A stretch of DNA of 64,000 bases. Origin: Patescibacteria group bacterium. Its GTDB lineage: Bacteria > Patescibacteriota > Saccharimonadia > UBA4664 > SCTI01. Shown here one piece after another: positions 59,651 to 64,000 of this stretch; the first letter of the stretch is position 1, and the number at the start of each line of letters is the position of its first letter. Made by a program: the position numbers and the translations under genes. The notes under the pieces are model-generated. The model was not told the origin of the DNA, did no database searches, and saw only the letters and a list, made by a program, of their open reading frames with translations. The stretch spans positions 51,467 through 115,466 of the forward strand of contig SCTI01000001.1 in NCBI GenBank assembly GCA_004297735.1, in the 5' to 3' direction.

Positions 59651-60055
59651 TTGGGGGTTAAAAATCGTACCGGTACGATTATTATTCCGCCTGGGGTTTT
59701 TGTAGATGTTCATGAGAAAATGACGGCTGATTTTCTTGCCACCAAGTTAAGTTATGACGTGACATTCCTTGTGCCGAATAGGAGAAGGGGAGCAAAAACT
59801 CCAGATATTGAAATGAATAATCTACGCTGGGAAATTAAAAGCCCGTCTGGTAAAAGTTCTCGCACAATAGAAAATAATTTACGTACTGCTCTCCGGCAGT
59901 CCCCAAATATCATACTTGATGTGCGCCGTATGGACGGTCGAATTCCAGGTAAAAAGTTATTGGATGAAGTTGAGCGCCAATTTAATCACGCAGCGGCAAT
60001 AAAGCGTATAATTGTCATTCTTCGGCAAGATGTACACATTGAATTTAAGCGTTAA
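59651..60055 (+). CDS. Stand-alone CdiA C-terminal (tRNase-like) PD-(D/E)XK domain protein
   Basis: HE…A.FL…KTPDIEMN…WEIKSP…IENNLR.A..QSPNIILD. Confidence 0.72.
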   Translation: MGVKNRTGTIIIPPGVFVDVHEKMTADFLATKLSYDVTFLVPNRRRGAKTPDIEMNNLRWEIKSPSGKSSRTIENNLRTALRQSPNIILDVRRMDGRIPGKKLLDEVERQFNHAAAIKRIIVILRQDVHIEFKR

Positions 60056-60073
60056 ATTTGCTATCTTAATTAT

Positions 60074-60121
60074 AGAAACGCGGGACGCCGACACTGGATA
60101 GAGTCGGCCAGCCCGCTTTCT
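60074..60121 (+). ncRNA. Candidate small hairpin RNA with its own promoter
   Basis: TTGAAT-N17-TATCTT at 60039-60067; AGAAA-GCGGG-GCCGAC/GTCGGC-CCCGC-TTTCT stem. Confidence 0.45.
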
Positions 60122-60170
60122 TCCTTTATGGGGGGCGAGAAAGCTATTATTTTTAGGGTACAATAGGGTG

Positions 60171-62207
60171 ATGAATGTGGATGTCAGAGTTGAAACGCTC
60201 AAGGGCGTGGGGGCGGCGATGGCGAGCAAGTTGGAGCGCCTGGGGATTGTGACGGTTGCTGATCTGCTCAATCATTATCCGCGTAGATATGATGATTTCT
60301 CGGAAATTATTTCAATTCGCCAAATGAAGCCGGGCGCGGTGACCTTTAGGGGTAAGGTAGTTAACATCGCCTCGCGCCGGGCGCGTGGTCGCAAGTTGAC
60401 CATTACCGAGGCGGTGATAGCCGATGGAACCGGCACGGTTAAGGCAATTTGGTTTAATAATCCTTATTTGGTTAAGCAGTATCCAGTTGAAACCTCGGTA
60501 ATGGTGTCGGGTAATCTAGAGTTTCGTAACAACGATTTGGCTTTGCGGGCTCCGGCAATCGAGCTGGACAGCGATGATTCGATGCATACCGGCCGGATCG
60601 TGGCGGTGTATCCTGAGACTCACGGGCTGACCAGTAAGCAGCTGCGCACCGTTATTCGGCCGGTATTGGAGCGCCTTGAGGGGTTACCGGAGACGCTGCC
60701 AAAGGAGATAATTAAAGAGGCGAGTTTGGTATCGCGGCAGCAAGCCTTGAGTGAGTTGCATCTGCCAACCAGTCGCCAGGCGCTAGATAAGGCGCGTCAC
60801 CGACTGGCTTTTGAGGAGCTGTTCTTTATTATTGCGGCTTCGTTACGACTTAAAAGCCAGCTGCAGGATGAATCGGCGCCGGAGATCGATTTTAACGTAG
60901 AGGTGGCGCAGGAGTTTGTTAAGTCTCTGCCGTTTGCGATTACCAATGCCCAGCGCCAGTCGGCCTGGCAGATTTTAAAAGATATGGCGCAGCCTCACCC
61001 CATGAATCGATTGCTCGAAGGTGATGTTGGTAGCGGTAAAACGGTGGTGGCCTTTATGGCGGCAACCATGGCGGTACGGGCCGGGTATCAAGCGGCGTTA
61101 ATGGTGCCAACCGATGTGTTGGCGCGTCAGCATTTTAAGAATGCAACTAGCTTGCTGGATGATCTTGGGGTGCCGGTGGAGCTGGTGTTGAGCAAGCAGC
61201 CGGCTGCGGATAAGGCGCCGGTGCTGGCGCGAATTAAGGCCGGTCAGCCGGGTTTAATTATTGGCACGCATGCACTACTTGGGGAGTCGGTTGAGTTTAG
61301 CAAGCTCGGTCTGGTAATTATTGATGAGCAACATCGCTTTGGTGTTAATCAACGCCAGCAGCTTAAAACCAAAAGTCGATTCTTCCCGCATTTGCTGAGC
61401 ATGACAGCTACTCCAATTCCGCGTAGCTTAGCGCTAACCGTTTATGGCGACCTGGATGTATCGATTATTGATGAGCTCCCGGCCGGTCGCAAGCCAATTG
61501 CTACCAAGGTAGTTAGTGGACGCGACAAGGAAGTGGCGTATGGTTTTATTGATGGCCAGATCAAGCTTGGCCGTCAGGTGTTTGTGGTTTGCCCGTTAAT
61601 TGATGATTCTGACAGCCTGGATGCCAAAAGCGTTAATACCGAAGTGGAGCGGCTGCGGTCGGGCCTGTTCCGCCATCGTCGGATTGAGGCGCTCCACGCC
61701 AGGCTGACTCCGCCAGAACGCCAAAAGATTATGGAGCGGTTTGTGGCTGGCGATATTGATATCTTGGTCTCAACCACTGTGGTCGAGGTGGGGGTGGACA
61801 TTCCCAACGCTACCGTCATGTTGGTTGAGGGGGCGGAGCGATTTGGTCTGGCAACTTTGCACCAGCTGCGCGGCCGAGTTGGTCGAAGCCAGCACGATTC
61901 GTACTGTTTTTTGGCAAGCGACAGCAGTGCCCCTGGCGCTAGAGAGCGGCTTGAGGCGATGGAGCGGACCCAAGATGGTTTTCGGCTGTCGCAAATCGAC
62001 CTGGAGCTGCGCGGACCCGGCCAGATTTATGGCAAGCGCCAGCATGGACTACTTGATCTGCGCCTAGCCAATCTAACCGATACCAAGTTGGTGAGCGAGG
62101 TGCGCGCAGCCGCCCGCCGCTTTGTTGATGATCCGGCGATCATGGTACAATATCCACAGATAACCGAGCGCATTCAGCGGCTTCAGGCGATTACCACTCT
62201 CGATTAA
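60171..62207 (+). CDS. recG: ATP-dependent DNA helicase RecG
   Basis: GDVGSGKT, DEQHRFG, TATPIPR, QLRGRVGR and DLELRGPG motifs. Confidence 0.97.
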   Translation: MNVDVRVETLKGVGAAMASKLERLGIVTVADLLNHYPRRYDDFSEIISIRQMKPGAVTFRGKVVNIASRRARGRKLTITEAVIADGTGTVKAIWFNNPYLVKQYPVETSVMVSGNLEFRNNDLALRAPAIELDSDDSMHTGRIVAVYPETHGLTSKQLRTVIRPVLERLEGLPETLPKEIIKEASLVSRQQALSELHLPTSRQALDKARHRLAFEELFFIIAASLRLKSQLQDESAPEIDFNVEVAQEFVKSLPFAITNAQRQSAWQILKDMAQPHPMNRLLEGDVGSGKTVVAFMAATMAVRAGYQAALMVPTDVLARQHFKNATSLLDDLGVPVELVLSKQPAADKAPVLARIKAGQPGLIIGTHALLGESVEFSKLGLVIIDEQHRFGVNQRQQLKTKSRFFPHLLSMTATPIPRSLALTVYGDLDVSIIDELPAGRKPIATKVVSGRDKEVAYGFIDGQIKLGRQVFVVCPLIDDSDSLDAKSVNTEVERLRSGLFRHRRIEALHARLTPPERQKIMERFVAGDIDILVSTTVVEVGVDIPNATVMLVEGAERFGLATLHQLRGRVGRSQHDSYCFLASDSSAPGARERLEAMERTQDGFRLSQIDLELRGPGQIYGKRQHGLLDLRLANLTDTKLVSEVRAAARRFVDDPAIMVQYPQITERIQRLQAITTLD

Positions 62208-62227
62208 CATTAAAGAATGATTAAATT

Positions 62228-63061
62228 ATGTATTCTGGCTTTGTAAGCTCAAAGCGAACCGTTTCGGCCCTTGGTGTGCACCAGCGATTTGATACGGTGG
62301 CCTATCGTTTAACTCAGTCTTATTTTCACCCCCAAACCTTTCCGAATCTGGCCCAAATACTGCATTTTGAGGGCATTAACGGTCCAGACGGCATGAAGGT
62401 TAAGTCGCCCGGTAAGGGGGAGGTGGGTCACCTTTATGATCCATTAACCGAGCGCGGTGCCATACCTGATTTGATCGAGCAGCATTACCAGGGGCTGGTG
62501 CTAGCACTGCAAAAAAACAATCAGGTGCGGGCGGCGTTTGAGGCGGCCTGGTTGGCTCACTACGTTTGTGACGGCTTAACACCAGCTCATCACTTTCCGC
62601 TGGACGAAGAGCTGGCTAAGCACCGGTTAACTAAAACCGACAAGAACCGCTACAAGGTGCGCCAGGCCGGTGAGCCGGCGCGTGAAACGCTTAAAAAGGG
62701 GTGGGCTGTCTGGGGTGGTAAAGGTCTTTTGACCACTCACGTCAACTTTGAGATGGGCGTAATGGCGGCTTTGGTCGGGCAAAAAATTAAGGTACAGCTG
62801 GATGCTAGTAAGCTGGCTCATGCTCGCCAGGTTGGACCGGTTGAGTTCTTTAAGCAAGAGGCGCGCGAGATCGCCAACTTGCAGATGTATGAGCGCTTTT
62901 ATAAGCAGGGATGGAGTATGAGCCTGGGGCGCGAGGTTAAGTCGATTTTGGCGCCGGTTAGCGTCCAGGCTATCGCGATTATTTGGCTGCTTGCTTATTT
63001 AGAGAGCGGCCAACAGCTAGCCGAAGCGGCGCATCGGTCTAAAGCGGTTGCCGAACTGTGA
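62228..63061 (+). CDS. Hypothetical protein with phospholipase C / P1 nuclease-like Zn-binding motifs
   Basis: H…GPD…HLYDP…WLAHYVCDGLTPAHH…HVNFE. Confidence 0.65.
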   Translation: MYSGFVSSKRTVSALGVHQRFDTVAYRLTQSYFHPQTFPNLAQILHFEGINGPDGMKVKSPGKGEVGHLYDPLTERGAIPDLIEQHYQGLVLALQKNNQVRAAFEAAWLAHYVCDGLTPAHHFPLDEELAKHRLTKTDKNRYKVRQAGEPARETLKKGWAVWGGKGLLTTHVNFEMGVMAALVGQKIKVQLDASKLAHARQVGPVEFFKQEAREIANLQMYERFYKQGWSMSLGREVKSILAPVSVQAIAIIWLLAYLESGQQLAEAAHRSKAVAEL

Positions 63062-63585
63062 GGATTGTTTCTGGATCACTTGGTGGCAGAACCTTGACTA
63101 TGCCGTCAACGCGCAATACTCGGCCAATGACGCATAAGGTGCGCGCGGCACTTTTTGATATGCTTGGTCCGATTGATGGCTTGCGCGTGCTCGATACCTA
63201 TGCCGGCAGTGGCGCACTTGGCTTTGAGGCGCTGAGTCGTGGTGCAGCACACGTTGATGCGGTTGAATTGGCAGGGCCAGCGCTCAAGGCGATTCAAACT
63301 AATATTGAGGCGCTCGGAGTGAAAAGTCAGTACAAGGTCTTTCCAGTGCGCGTGGAGTCATGGCTTGAAAGCTTCAAATCTATTTATGACCTTATCTTCG
63401 CAATGCCTCCATATAGTTTTATTGACAAGGAAATTTTAGCTAAAATTGGGGAGCGTCTAAAAAAAGATTCAATTATGGTTATTGAGTTTTCGCGTCACTC
63501 TCGGCCGATGGAGCTAAAAGGGCTGAACCTTATTAAGCAAAAAGACTATGGAGATCAAATTTTAGCAGTATACCGTAAGCTTTAG
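63058..63585 (+). CDS. rsmD: 16S rRNA m2G966 methyltransferase
   Basis: MRIVSG…TRP…LDTYAGSGALGFEALSRGA…(M)PPY…YG; the usual DPPY is MPPY here. Confidence 0.92.
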   Translation: MRIVSGSLGGRTLTMPSTRNTRPMTHKVRAALFDMLGPIDGLRVLDTYAGSGALGFEALSRGAAHVDAVELAGPALKAIQTNIEALGVKSQYKVFPVRVESWLESFKSIYDLIFAMPPYSFIDKEILAKIGERLKKDSIMVIEFSRHSRPMELKGLNLIKQKDYGDQILAVYRKL

Positions 63586-63625
63586 CTTGCAACCGGTATT
63601 AAAAATTGCTAATCTAGCTCTAGTT

Positions 63626-63640
63626 AAGTTTGGCGAGACT
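63626..63640 (-). repeat. 15-bp direct repeat AGTCTCGCCAAACTT (other copy at 63709-63723)
   Basis: Exact match to the apical arm of the adjacent tRNA-like RNA. Confidence 0.9.
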
Positions 63641-63647
63641 TGCTGCC

Positions 63648-63670
63648 AGGTGGCCATCGGGCCACCTTTT
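63648..63670 (+). terminator. Hairpin terminator
   Basis: AGGTGGCC-ATCG-GGCCACCT-TTT. Confidence 0.7.
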
Positions 63671-63675
63671 GCGTC

Positions 63676-63747
63676 TGGTGGAGCTATCGGGAATCGAACC
63701 CGACAGTCAAGTTTGGCGAGACTCAATGCCGCACCAGCGGTAGCCCC
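63676..63747 (-). ncRNA. 72-nt Ala-type tRNA-like RNA resembling an isolated tmRNA tRNA-like domain
   Basis: GGGGCTA/TAGCTCC-ACCA acceptor with G3:U70; TCGGG-TTCGATT-CCCGA T-arm; CTGG at positions 11-14; apical arm with 8-nt loop CTCGCCAA. Confidence 0.8.
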
Positions 63748-63819
63748 CTGCCACTTAACGTGCTACACCAGACAAAACCGAGCTTAACAAACAAATATTA
63801 ACGAATTCTAAATCCACTT

Positions 63820-63905
63820 GGGCGAGTGGTGAAATGGTAGACACGCTAGCCTTAGGAGCTAGTGGGGGAAACCCCGTGGAGGTTCAAGTCCTCTCTCGCC
63901 CACCA
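63820..63905 (+). tRNA. tRNA-Leu(TAG)
   Basis: CTAGC-CTTAGGA-GCTAG anticodon arm, long variable arm, CCA. Confidence 0.97.
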
Positions 63906-64000
63906 GGAATTATTGTAAAAACGCTAATTTGTGTTATAATTAAGTCATTGATACGCAGTCAAGCACGCAAATCGACTAGGGGGATGATGTCAGAGCAAGT

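Overview
The window looks like chromosomal DNA from a Patescibacteria/CPR bacterium, most like Candidatus Saccharibacteria; this is inferred from gene content, pilin-like proteins and leaderless-type promoters. The backbone carries uvrC, secG, lemA-htpX, ligA, gatCAB, dnaE, rplS-rnhB-yraN-pepF, nusA, clpC-radA-PIN/TRAM, a class A PBP, tyrS, recG and rsmD, plus 8 canonical tRNAs. Interspersed are about 15 orphan genes, most with their own -35/-10 promoter, SD and 3' hairpin. The most unusual signals are non-coding. (1) A 72-nt Ala-type RNA at 63676-63747(-) matches the tRNA-like domain of tmRNA but has no mRNA-like domain; its apical arm is duplicated just downstream and is complementary to a pseudoknotted RNA at 20256-20408. 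(2) Two tandem, separately promoted, related structured RNAs lie between ligA and gatC. (3) The same 9-mer, GGAATTATT, directly follows the CCA of four different tRNAs, and a near-copy (CACCAGGAATTAT) closes an AT-rich Mrr-nuclease island. (4) An exact 55-bp promoter/leader module is shared by two unrelated orphan genes. (5) The PBP has a C-terminal domain in the +1 frame behind TCC-TTT-T. All family assignments come from motif recognition by eye; no searches were run.
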